A DNA stretch of 64,000 nucleotides from Chara braunii (Eukaryota > Plantae > Charophyceae). Under the pieces are notes generated by a model. The model did no database searches and was not told the DNA's origin. It saw nothing but the letters and a program-made list of their open reading frames with translations. Positions 1 through 11,819 of the stretch are shown here, in pieces; positions within the stretch are counted from its first letter, which is position 1, and each line of letters opens with the position of its first letter. The stretch is taken from the NCBI GenBank assembly GCA_003427395.1, contig BFEA01000015.1:3046188-3110187 (forward strand). The letters are read 5' to 3'. Both the position numbers and the translations under genes were made by a program.

Positions 1-24
1 GAAAGCGGTCTGGAATTCGGGGTG

Positions 25-753
25 ATGAAGGTAAGGGGGGGTGAGGAAGATTGTCGAAGTATGGGTAATGGAGCGGGGTTGGCGATGGGATCGACGACGG
101 CGACGGCTTTGGAATCACCGGTAGGGAGGGGGGGAGGAGGAGGAGGAGAAGGAAGAGGATGCGCGGTAGCATCGGAACGGGAGAAATATTCTCCGGGCGA
201 GCTCCAGCGGATGGCGTTCATGCCGCCAGAACGTTTTTCCGTGGGCTTGAGGTGTCCTTCAGGGTGTTCGGCGGAGAGAGACAGAGTGAAAATGGAACGG
301 TTTTCTGGTCCTGATAGGCCGTGTGCTGCAAGCGATAGAGAGGCAGAGAGAATCAAACACCAGAAGTTTTCTGGTCCAGACAAATTGGGCGGCGGGGGGG
401 GACCCGCAGAGCGTCCTTTGAGATCACCGTGTGCAGCCAGCAGTAGATCGCCGTCGGTCGGGTCGAATTATTCATCAAGTAGTTTGCTGAGTGGGTCGGA
501 GGCGTTGCAGCGAAGTCCATGGCAGCAGGAGAACATGAAGCATTGCTTGATTGATCCGAAGCAACTAGTGATCGGGGAGAAGTTTGCTTCCGGACCAAAA
601 GCGGCGATGCACAGGGGAGTCTTTTGCAAGTTGGAAATGGCAATCAAAATGATCGCGACGCCTGAGACGCCGGAGGAGGTTGATAAGCTGGAGCAAGCGT
701 TCACGGAGGAGGTCACAATGTCTCTCCGCCTTCGACACCGAAACGTTATTCAA
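25..753 (+). CDS. Raf-like (HT1/STY-type) kinase-domain protein, exon 1 (N-terminal extension plus kinase subdomains I-IV)
   Basis: Translation contains LIDPKQLVIGEKFASG...MAIKMI...LEQAFTEEVTMSLRLRHRNVIQ, the N-lobe pattern of plant Raf-like STY kinases. It ends in a phase-0 donor CAA|GTAAGT at 753/754. The start codon is uncertain (ATG at 25 or 61). Confidence 0.85.
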
Positions 754-762
754 GTAAGTCTA

Positions 763-766
<4 letters not shown>

Positions 767-806
<40 letters not shown>

Positions 807-808
807 TA

Positions 809-885
<77 letters not shown>

Positions 886-954
886 GGTGAGAGAGGTGAG
901 AGAGAGGTGTCTGTGAGAGAGAGGTGTGTGTGTGTGCGTGTGAGTGTGTGTGTG
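767..954. repeat. (GT)n/(GA)n compound microsatellite. Similar tracts near 1045-1085, 6800-7160, 39915-40070, 54023-54261, 56480-56532, 61290-61346 and 62318-62386
   Basis: Directly visible dinucleotide runs; several abut N-gaps. Confidence 0.95.
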
Positions 955-978
955 CTGTCTCTTATACACATCTAGATG
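955..978. other. Nextera/Tn5 mosaic-end adapter remnant (assembly artifact)
   Basis: CTGTCTCTTATACACATCT-AGATG directly before an N-gap. Confidence 0.95.
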
Positions 979-1044
979 NNNNNNNNNNNNNNNNNNNNNN
1001 NNNNNNNNNNNNNNNNNNNNNNNNNNNNNNNNNNNNNNNNNNNN

Positions 1045-1087
<43 letters not shown>

Positions 1088-1269
1088 CCAGTGCTCTTCT
1101 AGAGTTTGATTGCGCTTCGATATCATGGGTATATGTAACTCCTGCACAGGAAGGAAGCTGTGTGTCGACCAGGTTGCCATTATGGAAACCATATTCAATT
1201 GGCCCTGTCGCAGAAAGTCGACCGTTTTACTGCAGTAGAGCCAAGTGCTGGCTGGATGACATTGTCATG

Positions 1270-1740
1270 GTCCTCCGCCTCCTCCGCATCTGCTCCTCCT
1301 CCTCCTCCGCATCTGCTCCTCCTCCTCCTCTTCCGCCTCTGCTCCTCCTCCTCCTCCTCCTCCTCCTCATCTGCTCCTTCTCTTCCTCCTCCTCACGGCT
1401 GTGGAGCCAATTAGAGGCTGGATGCCGTCTTCATGATGCACATCGTCGTCCTTCTCTCCTCTGCTCCTTCTCATCCTCGTCCTCCTCCGATGCCGTCTTC
1501 ATGATGCACATCGTCGTCCTTCTCTCCTCTGCTCCTTCTCCTCCTCGTCCTCCTCCTCTTGCTGCTGCTGCTGCTTCGCGCAGAAGGTACGGGCTGCAGT
1601 CTTTCGCCTCCTCGCGCAGAAGGTACGGGCTGGATTCCGTTTTCATGGTGCACATCGTCGTCCTTCTCTCCTCTGCTCCTCCTTCTCCTCCTCCTCGCGC
1701 GGTGGCGTATCTCGCCCCTGATCTCCTTCTCCTTTCGCGT
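1270..1740. repeat. (CCT)n-rich low-complexity region with reiterated ~60-bp units
   Basis: CCT runs and three copies of TTCATGRTGCACATCGTCGTCCTTCTCTCCTCTGCTCCT. Confidence 0.8.
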
Positions 1741-1756
1741 CCTTTTGTCCCTTTCT

Positions 1757-1880
1757 TCCTTCTTCCCCCGAATACAACGTACGGTCATGCATGACTCATT
1801 ATAGCTGTATTTGGGGTATCTTCCAGTCTATATGCAGCTGTAATGACCGTACGTTGTATTGAAGGAAAGAGGAAAGAAGG
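1757..1880. mobile_element. pogo/mariner-type MITE, TIR CC(G/T)TCTTC(A/C)CCCGAATA(C/G)AACG; related copies near 7770-7870 and 28162-28263
   Basis: Inverted repeat AATACAACGTACGGTCAT...ATGACCGTACGTTGTATT with a TA-flanked right end. Confidence 0.65.
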
Positions 1881-2169
1881 TAGTCCATTTCCCCGCTATC
1901 TGTATCTTTCAGCGTTCCAGTCTGTCGTTGCCTCGGCTGTGCTCCCCCTCCCTCCCTCCCACCGTCTCTTTCTCCACGCTCCCTCTTTTTCTTGTTTCCT
2001 GAGAAAGAAAAGGGGGGAGCGTGGGAGGGAGCGGGGGGGAAGGAGAAAAGGGACCTCCCCGTCTCCTCTTCTCTTTGCATCCGACCGTAGCAGTAGTAAC
2101 GGCGATTATGGCCGTCCCTCTCCGTCGGTTTTGGCCTGGTTAAGGATCCAAGCCACTGGCACGGGACGC

Positions 2170-3910
2170 GTGGACCGATCGATGATCACTGACTGATCAA
2201 TCAATGATCAATCAATGATCAATTGGTGGTGGTTAAAGGATTCGTGACTGATCAATCAGTGATCAATGAGTGATCAATCAGTGATTAATCAGTGATCAAT
2301 CCGTGATCAATCGGTGGTGGTTAAAGGATTCGAATGGGGATGCGTTGACATGTGGCCGATGGGTGTTGGTGTCGGTCGATCGAGAGGATATGCTATGGCT
2401 TGACCATCTTCACCCGAATAGAACGCTCGGTGATGAATGCTGTATTTGGCCGAACTTTCGGTCCAGATACTGGTATAATAACCGGGCGTTCTGATTGGGT
2501 GAATACAGCCCTGCCGCTCAGGACCAGGGCAATGTGGCGAAGAATGCTTCGTCGGTTTTGTGTATCCGTAGATGGATGGCTACGATCGATACTTGATCAA
2601 TCAATCAATCGAATTATTGATTGATTGATCGATCGATCGAACCATCGATAAATTGTATCTCTGATTAATGAGGTGCTGAACATAATCGATGAATCGTATA
2701 ACAACTGATTAATACGCAGGCGCGGAATGAACATCATGGATCGTTGGATTTCCTGCGTGGGATGAATGGCTGCGCCGATCGAAATCATTGATCGATCGAT
2801 TAGATTGATCGGACCATCGATAGATGAATCGTATAACAACAGCTGATTAATTAACTCAAGGCGTTGAACATCTGATCGTTGAATGTCCTGAGTGACTTGA
2901 ATGGCTTGTATCTAATCATCGATCGATGAATCATCAAGCCGTCGAATCATCATCGGTAGATGCGAACCATCGATCAATCCATCGAATTACTGATCGATCG
3001 ACCATTCATTTGATAGATAGATTGTATAATTAATTATAGCTGGTTAACAAGGCGTTGACCATCAGCTCGTTGGATGTCCTGAGTTTCCCTCAATGACTAA
3101 TATATCTAATCACCAAGCGATGATTTGGAATTGCATCAATTGATCAATCACTGAGTGGATCGAATCATCAATCTGTCGAATTACTGATTGATTGATTGAG
3201 TTACTGATTGATTGAACCATCGATCGATCTTGTAAGGCGTTGAACGTCAGTCCGTTGGATGTCCAGAATCGTCCATCACACTTTTGAGTCGTTGATTGGC
3301 TCTCTGACCGCCCGACCAGGTGGGGACAGCAGGATAGGCCCCGATCCAACGATCGACTCCGTTCGATCAGCGATCACCCTCTGAATCATCTCCTAACTTG
3401 AATGGATCTCTGTTTGGATCTCTTATCGTCGATCTCCGATACCTGAGCGATCGATGGAGGGATGATGACAGAACGATGAATGATCCATGACAGAACGATG
3501 AATGATCCATGCCAGAACGATGAATGATCCATGACAGAACGATGAATGATCGATGAATGATCCATGACAGAACGATGAATGATCGATGAATGATCCATGA
3601 CAGAACGATAAATGATCGATGACAGAACGATGAATGATCGATGAATGATCTATGAATACTCCATGAAAGAACGTCGATGAATAATCCATGACAGAACGAT
3701 GAATGATCGATGAATGATCCATGACAGAACGATGAATGATCGATGAATGATCGATGAATGATCCATCCATCCATCCACCAATGATCGATGAATGATCCAT
3801 GACCTGTCTCTTATACACATCTAGATGTGTATAAGAGACAGATCCATGACAGAACGATGAATGATCCGTGACAGAACGGAGATCCAGTGGATCGATGCGT
3901 GATCGATCGC
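2170..3910. repeat. GATC/TCGA-rich degenerate satellite ending in a ~22/33-bp array (GATGAATGATCCATGACAGAAC)n at 3462-3880
   Basis: Directly visible reiterated units. Confidence 0.85.
3804..3841. other. Nextera mate-pair junction adapter (artifact)
   Basis: Exact CTGTCTCTTATACACATCT-AGATGTGTATAAGAGACAG. Confidence 0.98.
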
Positions 3911-3992
3911 TTGCGAAATGGTCGGTTGACGACGATTCGACCAAGCTCCACAAACTAGAAAACGAGATGGTTAAAACGAGATGGTAATTGAT

Positions 3993-4030
3993 CTGTCTCT
4001 TATACACATCTAGATGTGTATAAGAGACAG
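3993..4030. other. Nextera mate-pair junction adapter (artifact)
   Basis: Exact 38-bp inverted mosaic-end pair. Confidence 0.98.
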
Positions 4031-5106
4031 GCGCTAATCTCCTCTTTTTTTTTTTTAATGGATTATTCAATCACTCGCTGCTGTACAGGAGCAGGTCGTG
4101 GGTTTCCATTCAGCCGTCTGTCTAAACCCCGAGCATGTGATGTGTTATTGATGACATGCTCTCTGGAATCGCCGATCAATTCGCGATGATCTCGCTTTAG
4201 TGAAATCCAGAGCATGTAAGCAACAACACATGATCACTGAAACGTCGAATTGCCGCCGAATGAAGGGAATTCAATCAATCGCAAAGTGATCAGATAAAGG
4301 ACGACGTCTTTTAAATTTCATTATATATATAGTAATACAAAAAATGATTGCCAAATGATTTTAAATTCAATAATCCGCAACATTCAATCGACCATCAACC
4401 AATCAATCCATTGACGTTGACGTCCATGCAATGCAAAAGCGTTTGAACCTGGAGAGCTTTGGAAAAACAATCAATTGACAAAGTTTAACCACGTGGTACT
4501 AGTAGACATCCCGGAGGGTGGTGCTCTGCGAATGATGGGATTGGTTCCCCTGCGCTTAAAGCGAGACAAGTAGGAGATGGCGGCGAGGATTTGATAGTCA
4601 AACAGCAGTGAATGTCCCTGAGTGGTTTGGTAGCCTTCCTGCGAATGATGGGATGGGATGATTACGAATGATGGGATGGGATGATTGGTTGTAATCGATG
4701 GCGGTCGGGATTCCGATAACGATAATCGATTGGTAGAATCTGATCCTTTCTTTGTACGTGGAGAAAGAAGAAAGAAGACAAGCAATGGCCAATCTGATCC
4801 TTTCTTTGTACGTGGGGAAAGAAGAAAGAAGACAAGCAATGACCGATTGCTCTTCACACGCAAATATACTGATATTGCAAAATAATTCCCAGCGAAATCG
4901 ATCCCTTGATGGCGCGGTATGCACGGAGAGTCGGTCGGGGGAAGCGGATGCATTGGTTGGAATTAGTAAAAAACTCTTAAGAATGAACTCTCTTTTTTTT
5001 TTTTTTTTTTGCTAAGAATGAACTTTGTGTATTTTTTTTTTTTTTTTTAAATGAATTTTGTGTATATATTTTTTTCCCCCTAAGAATGAATTTTGTGTAA
5101 TAGTGC

Positions 5107-5563
5107 TTTGGGCATTTTACTTAGACGTTCCTGTTGGCAATTTCGGGCGTGTCGTCAACCGAAATCGCCACTAGGTCCTACCGGTAGTGGCGGGAACACG
5201 AATAGAACGCCTTGTCATTATCGCCGTATCTAGACGGAAAGTTGGCCGGATACGGTTATACAGGCCGGGCGTTGTATTCGGGTGAAGACGGTAGTGGCGG
5301 GAACCCGGTAAACCTTGACGATTTCGGTTTGAAAAACGCCGAACTTGCGGCCAGTAGCGTCTGAGTTAAATGGCCAAAGGAGAGTAGTAATCTAATAATA
5401 GCAAAAAAAAAAAAGAAAACCCCGAACTTGCGGCCAGGAGCATCTGAGTTAAATGGCCAAAGGAGAGTAGTAATAATCTAATAATAGCAAAAAAAAGAAA
5501 AAAAAAAAGAAAACCCCGAACTTGCGGCCAGGAGCGTCTGAGTTAAATGGCCAAAGGGGAGTA
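5107..5563. mobile_element. Stowaway/mariner-like MITE (right end ...TGGCCAAAGG(G/A)GAG-TA), right end triplicated, with a nested pogo-type MITE at ~5200-5292; sister copy 43790-43966
   Basis: CTTTGGGCATTTTACT at the left end versus AGTTAAATGGCCAAAGG(G/A)GAGTA three times at the right. GGTAGTGGCGGGAAC is duplicated around the nested insert. Confidence 0.6.
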
Positions 5564-5639
5564 GTAATAATAATCTAATAATAGCAAAAAAAAAAAAGAA
5601 AAAGGAAAAAAGAAATAATAATAGCAACATAAGTTCCTA

Positions 5640-5884
5640 GGCTACCAGAGTGGCCCGGGGTCACTTGCCCGGCCNNNNNNNNNNNNNNNNNNNNNNNNNN
5701 NNNNNNNNNNNNNNNNNNNNNNNNNNNNNNNNNNNNNNNNNNNNNNNNNNNNNNNNNNNNNNNNNNNNNNNNNNNNNNNNNNNNNNNNNNNNNNNNNNNN
5801 NNNNNNNNNNNNNNNNNNNNNNNNNNNNNNNNNNNNNNNNNNNNNNNTTCAGTTTATTTTTCTGCATGACATAGTTTTTTTTTC

Positions 5885-5915
<31 letters not shown>

Positions 5916-5978
5916 GGGACCTTTCTTGGTCCTTGCACGGGCTGGTCACCCGGGACCCGGGCGGCCCGGCTGGTAGCC
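5640..5978 (+). mobile_element. MITE with TIR GGCTACCAG...CTGGTAGCC (interior partly N-gap)
   Basis: TA-GGCTACCAGAGTGGCCCGGGG left end and CTGGTAGCC right end; same family at 13286, 43516 and 43970. Confidence 0.75.
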
Positions 5979-6942
5979 GAGAACATAACCAGTATGTTCG
6001 ATACTGGTGGTGGATGAACTAGTACCGCCATGTACATTGGATGTAGTCGTACTTTCTACTGAAAGTGAAAACACAGAGAAGCAGATCCTTCTTCTTGGTT
6101 TTGTCAAATGACGAGTGGTGTCTCAAAAGATTTAAAAAACACACACAACAAAAAAAAGAAACCAGAAGCACACTCAGAGGTCAGAAGTGTGTGCACGTTT
6201 AGTGTAAACCTCACTGGCTGGCGTTGGCCTCGATCGATCGATGGAAGAACCAGCAGAGGATTGGTATTTGAAAGTGATTAAAAAAGCGGTATTACACAAA
6301 TAAGCGGTATTATACAGAGATGGCAGCGAGCCAAAAAAAGTATGTTCGATTGGGGCTGGAAGGGGGTTTATGTGCCCAGCGGGAGGGGTTTATGTGATGT
6401 GACATGTGCAGGATCGCGCGCGGATATCATATCGCTGGCAAATAGTGAAAGCTTGCTTTCGCCGTAAAGTAGCCCGGAATATGTATAGAAGCTCCTTTTA
6501 CCATTTTTGATGGGGTACCATTTCTGATGGTGGGATATATGGCTCTACAGAGTCTACACTCTCTTTTTTTTTTTTAGCTACTATGCAGTTGAACGGGGAA
6601 GGAGTTCGTAAACGCGAGGTGCTGTGGACAAACAGTATAATATTGAGATAAAGTGGTACTGAATTCTGCTGCCAATATTGGAATATAATCACTATCTACA
6701 ACTAAGAAAATTTCCAGCAAAACGATATTAAGTCCATTAATAATACCACCTATAGGCAGGTAAATAACGTAAAACCGGCTTCGTCTCCCGTGCGTGCGCG
6801 CTTGTGTGTGTGTTGTGTTGTGTTTTGTGTCTGTGTTTGTGTGTTTTGTGTCTGTGTTTGTGTGTTTTGTGTTGTGTTGTGTTTTGTCTGTGTTTGTGTG
6901 TTTGTGTGTTTTGTGTCTGTGTCTGTGTTTGTGTGTTTTGTG

Positions 6943-6992
<50 letters not shown>

Positions 6993-7091
6993 NNNNNNNN
7001 NNNNNNNNNNNNNNNNNNNNNNNNNNNNNNNNNNNNNNNNNNNNNNNNNNNNNNNNNNNNNNNNNNNNNNNNNNNNNNNNNNNNNNNNNNN

Positions 7092-7162
<71 letters not shown>

Positions 7163-7191
7163 AGGTAAGATGTGGAGTCGTGCTGTTCAAT

Positions 7192-7240
7192 CTGTCGAGG
7201 ATCATCCTCCTGATGAGTCGGTGAAAGCCCGACGAAACAG
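7192..7240 (+). ncRNA. Type III hammerhead ribozyme, structurally complete
   Basis: CUGUC (GUC cleavage triplet), stem I GAGG-aucau-CCUC, core CUGAUGA, stem II GUCGG-ugaaagc-CCGAC, GAAA, and CAG closing stem III. Confidence 0.8.
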
Positions 7241-7558
7241 TCTCACAGCATCTTTTTGAGTTTGTGTGCTTTTAATGACGACAAAGATGTTGGGGTCGCA
7301 GCGGTATACATTTTGTTGTCGGCGGATCACTCATCGGATCAATCCGATATCATCGGATTAATCATCGAGAAATATGTATACACATAATATACCGTATCTG
7401 TATACTCTATATTCTATATATATCTGTTTGACGATATAGCCGCCGCTCAACCTACATCCACGTGGGCGGCCTTGAATAGGGGCAGTTGTAAGAAGATTAA
7501 AAAAACGATTTTTTTTCTTTTTTTTTCTTCTTGTTTTCTTCTGTTTTTTTGGCCTTTC

Positions 7559-7678
7559 CCTGACGAGTCGGTGAGACTTGGACGACATAGTCTGTCACAG
7601 CCCCTAGGTAGTTTGTTGTCCTCTCTTCTCTCTCTGCCTACGGTTTACCGGGCAGTTGTGTTTGACAATATATATAAA
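7559..7678 (+). mobile_element. Degenerate copy of the hammerhead-headed repeat
   Basis: CTGACGAGTCGGTGAGACTTGGACGACA (decayed core), then GTCACAGCCCC...TTTGTTGTCCTCT...CTGCCTACGGTTTACCGGGCAG...(TA)n. Confidence 0.75.
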
Positions 7679-7968
7679 TAAATGTGTATTATTATTATTA
7701 TTTTTTCTCAATCTGGATTCGAACTAGGGTCTGTATGTCAACAGTTCATGGGTGTAGCAACTGGGCTACCTTCTTCAATCTTGAATACAACGTACGGGCA
7801 GCTGTATCTAGACTGAAAGATGCCTCAAATACAGCTATGATGACCGTACGTTGTATTCGGGGGAAGAAGGTAGGCCCGTCGGTATATAACTGAATGTCTT
7901 TTCTTTTTCCCCTTCAATTTTAATTTCCATCTGCTTGCATATCTGGACTCGAACTTGGGTCTGTGGTT

Positions 7969-8031
<63 letters not shown>

Positions 8032-8364
8032 TGTTTGTATTTCAACTGTTCTGGGGTGTAGCAATTGAGCTACGTCCGTTTGCCAGATTCTATTTTTAGT
8101 TCTCTTTTGTACTGGATGAAATTCATCAGTTCCCCTCCCCCCCCCCACTCCTATTGTTGCAGGTGGCGGGTATATTCTTTGGGAAAAAGGAAAAATAAAA
8201 TTTCCAGTTTGCCGCTACCGGATAGCCGTTTGCAGTTTCAAGCGTTGATTCGTAATAAAATGTTTGGTAAAAAAAAAAAAAAAAAAAAAAAAGAAAGAAG
8301 GAAAGAGAATCATGAGGGTTGCCGTGAGCTGAGCTGAGCGCAATGGACCATATGGTATGTTCTG

Positions 8365-8535
8365 GGGCGAGGTCCCTCTAGCAAAGAGAATTGGATTGAA
8401 AGCCTGAATCTGGACTTTTTGGTGGAAAGGTGCAGAAATTTAAATCGAGATTGAACTGCTTTTCTGCATCTCTGCTTAAAACACGTCCGGATTCAGGGGA
8501 TTTATCCAATCCTCTTTGCTAGTGGGCCCTCGCCC
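8365..8535. mobile_element. PIF/Harbinger (Tourist-like) MITE with CTG target-site duplication
   Basis: TIR GGGCGAGG(T)CCC.CTAGCAAAGAG / CTCTTTGCTAGTGGGCCCTCGCCC, flanked by CTG at 8362-8364 and 8536-8538. Confidence 0.8.
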
Positions 8536-9030
8536 CTGATTGGCAATGCTCGGAAGCAGTGGAGAGTCTGACCCCGTGAGCTGAGCGCCAGTCCTTTTTT
8601 TTTTTTTCGCAAGTCTTTTGCTGTGGCTCCATTTACCCGTTTGCTTTACTGCGGTTATACTGCCTCTCCGTTTGTACGGGGCCAGCATTTACTGGGCCTG
8701 ACTCCGGGTAATCAACACGGGGTTAACGCTGGTAAGTGCTCTGATTGGATCTCTAAGACCCCTAGAGAGAGTAGTACGAATACGACAACGGTTTCGTTGT
8801 GGATCTGATTTGGATCTGATTTTAAGTTATTGGGGCTGGCTCCGTTAGTCGACATGCGACATGCGACAGGTGTCCGGACTGATGCGTGGACCAGATACAT
8901 TGACTGATTGATGATTTTGAATGCATTTGGTCCACTAAGAGGTCCAGATACGGTTCATGAAGTTGTGCAGTCGAGGGATGGCCATTCTCTGCAAGGATCT
9001 GCCGAACGGTGCATCATGATGTGTAGTTAT

Positions 9031-9352
9031 GGGCCTCGCTCCACTACACAGCACTCTAAATGTATCCGGATGTCATGAGCGTCAGATTCGTTCAAAATTT
9101 GGTATCTGTCGCAATGTATCTGGGCTGCATCGCAGTCCAGATACCTGTAAAATGTTGGGCGTATGTTTTCCACGCGAAAGATGTGGAGTGGTTGGGAATG
9201 CATTTAGGGCCTAGCTCCTGTCCACAACATTCTGAATGCATCTGGGGACGGTGATGGTCCAAATACATTCCCAATGTTGGGTCAATCCGAATGTAACTGG
9301 TCCACTATACAGTCCAAATACGTACACAATGTTCTGTAGTGGAGCGAGGCGC
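9031..9352. mobile_element. Harbinger-like MITE (TIR GGGCCTCGCTCCACTACA); a solo end near 58093-58116
   Basis: GGGCCTCGCTCCACTACA ... TGTAGTGGAGCGAGGCGC inverted termini. Confidence 0.7.
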
Positions 9353-10699
9353 TCAGTAACAAAGATTTAATTTCCTGCGAAAGATGGCCAACAGATGCCT
9401 GATTCCCAGACTTGTGGTACAGCGGTAGTAGTTCTTTTTCTTATTTTACAATTTTACTATTAAAAAAAGACAAAAAAAACAAGGGCGACGGCCACGCATA
9501 AATCGATAAATGGTCCATCCCCCTCCCCCNNNNNNNNNNNNNNNNNNNNNNNNNNNNNNNNNNNNNNNNNNNNNNNNNNNNNNNNNNNNNNNNNNNNNNN
9601 NNNNNNNNNNNNNNNNNNNNNNNNNNNNNNNNNNNNNNNNNNNNNNNNNNNNNNNNNNNNNNNNNNNNNNNNNNNNNNNNNNNNNNNNNNNNNNNNNNNN
9701 NNNNNNNNNNNNNNNNNNNNNNNNNNNNNNNNNNNNNNNNNNNNNNNNNNNNNNNNNNNNNNNNNNNNNNNNNNNNNNNNNNNNNNNNNNNNNNNNNNNN
9801 NNNNNNNNNNNNNNNNNNNNNNNNNNNNNNNNNNNNNNNNNNNNNNNNNNNNNNNNNNNNNNNNNNNNNNNNNNNNNNNNNNNNNNNNNNNNNNNNNNNN
9901 NNNNNNNNNNNNNNNNNNNNNNNNNNNNNNNNNNNNNNNNNNNNNNNNNNNNNNNNNNNNNNNNNNNNNNNNNNNNNNNNNNNNNNNNNNNNNNNNNNNN
10001 NNNNNNNNNNNNNNNNNNNNNNNNNNNNNNNNNNNNNNNNNNNNNNNNNNNNNNNNNNNNNNNNNNNNNNNNNNNNNNNNNNNNNNNNNNNNNNNNNNNN
10101 NNNNNNNNNNNNNNNNNNNNNNNNNNNNNNNNNNNNNNNNNNNNNNNNNNNNNNNNNNNNNNNNNNNNNNNNNNNNNNNNNNNNNNNNNNNNNNNNNNNN
10201 NNNNNNNNNNNNNNNNNNNNNNNNNNNNNNNNNNNNNNTTTTTTTTTTTTTTTTTTTTTGGTCTTCGGTCTTCAAGAGACGAGCATCTACCGCTTCGCAA
10301 ATGATCTTCCTCTTGTACGGACGGATTAAGAGATTCTGTTCGTATGTACTGTACGGCATGCGTTGGAATCGAACACATGTTGACTTGTTGATTTCCTTCT
10401 GAAGAATTGCGTCATTGGAAGAAACAAGTAGCCCAACCCAGTTTTTCATTTTCTTTCTTTAATAGAAAAAAAATAAAGCTCATTTGTCTTAATGGGGGGG
10501 CAACCACACAAAAAAAAAAAAAAAAACCGTTCTGTTCTAATAAGAGAATGGGGTTTCAAATGGAAGGGAAGAAAATAAGGTCGAATCTGACAGGCGTTTA
10601 CTTCAATAATTACTACCTTCTGTTTTTTTTTGTGAATAATTATTCTTTTTCTTCCTTTGGAAAAGCTTCATTCCACCTTTCTCCACTAAACGAAATTGA

Positions 10700-10809
10700 G
10701 CGCCTAGCTGCACTAGTCGCCATCTGCCAACGGTTTGAATGCATCCGGACCAATTTCAGTCCAGATGCATTCGAAATCTTGGCCTATGGCGAGTAGTGCA
10801 ACTAGGCCC
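10700..10809. mobile_element. Short Harbinger-like MITE; related copy ~11693-11800
   Basis: GCCTAGCTGCACTAGTCGCCAT ... ATGGCGAGTAGTGCAACTAGGC inverted termini. Confidence 0.6.
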
Positions 10810-11819
10810 TCGATTACGTGCATGCGAGTGACGACGCGACTGAATTCAAATGTGCATGTGGATGTCACGTAAAAGCTAAGGAAGGAAAGTGAATTTGCGT
10901 GGTCGGGGTCAAGGTCCCGCTTATGGCAAGTTTTTTTTAATATATATATATATTGTTTTCGGGTGTTGAGATATTATGGTGGAATTGACGAGCCCCAGAT
11001 AATTCTCTAGTATTTGATTTCATTCATCTGATTTTTTTTTTTTTTTTTTTTTTTCTCCCTCCATTCATCTAGTTGTCGCCCCCCGCCTCCCTCCCTCCAT
11101 CAGAGGGGATGCATGTCGCCTCCCGTCCCCCGCCTGGTGGTCAAGGATGGGGTGGGGCTGCCCGTGGGGGTCTTTGCGGCTAACTCAAAGACCCAGCATT
11201 TTGCCAGTAGCTGCGCCTCCCTTTTCATCGTTCCCCACCCCCAACTGAATAACAGCAGTAGTGTCTAAAAGGCCAACACTCTCCCACACACCACACACGA
11301 CCCACTCACACTGACACTCGCACTCACACTCACACTCCCACTCACACTTCCACTCACACCCGTGTGCTCCCTTAAAAGAATTAGCCTTAAAAAAGTTCCA
11401 TCAGGGCTACGTAGTGCTCGCTTAAAAGAATTAGCCTTAAAAAAAAAAAAAAGGGAATCCCGCGACATTCCGTTGTTGAGGTTTGTCGTTTTCTGATGAT
11501 TGGTCGGGCTAGTGCTTGCTGCGCAGCCCTAAGCATATGACCTCTGAAGAGTTGAAAAGGCAATTACCAGTCTCTCGGCTGTTTTGTTTTTTTTTTTTCT
11601 TTTTTTTCTTTTTTTTCTTTTTTTTTATAAAGAGAAAGGTCTCTCGTCTTGTCACAGCGAAGCTAGGTAGGAAGTGACGAGGGGGTTTCAATGGGCGTAG
11701 TTGTGCACTAGTCGCCATCCGCCAAGATTTTGGATGCATCAGGACTAACGCGCTGCTCAGATTCATTCGAAACTTAGGCGGATGGCGAGTGGTAGGGCCC
11801 CATGTCGGATCTGACTTGT

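Noticed and set aside
754-975. Extension of the first ORF (VSLLVCVCV...RERERE)
   Set aside because: Read-through into the intron 1 microsatellite beyond the GTAAGT donor.
1162-1794. 210-aa ORF and overlapping ORFs
   Set aside because: Products of (CCT)n low-complexity sequence, open in several frames with no domain.
3804-4030. Perfect 38-bp palindromes resembling Tn5 transposon ends (also 955-978 and 29368-29405)
   Set aside because: This is the exact Nextera mate-pair junction adapter, a library artifact rather than a horizontally acquired Tn5.
4090-4953. 160-aa minus-strand ORF 4471-4953 and neighbouring coding-like sequence
   Set aside because: Partly generated by a 54-bp tandem duplication; no recognisable domain.
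9446-10449. Long ORFs spanning N-runs (also 19345-20356, 45300-46018 and 53921-54784)
   Set aside because: Open only because N codons contain no stops.
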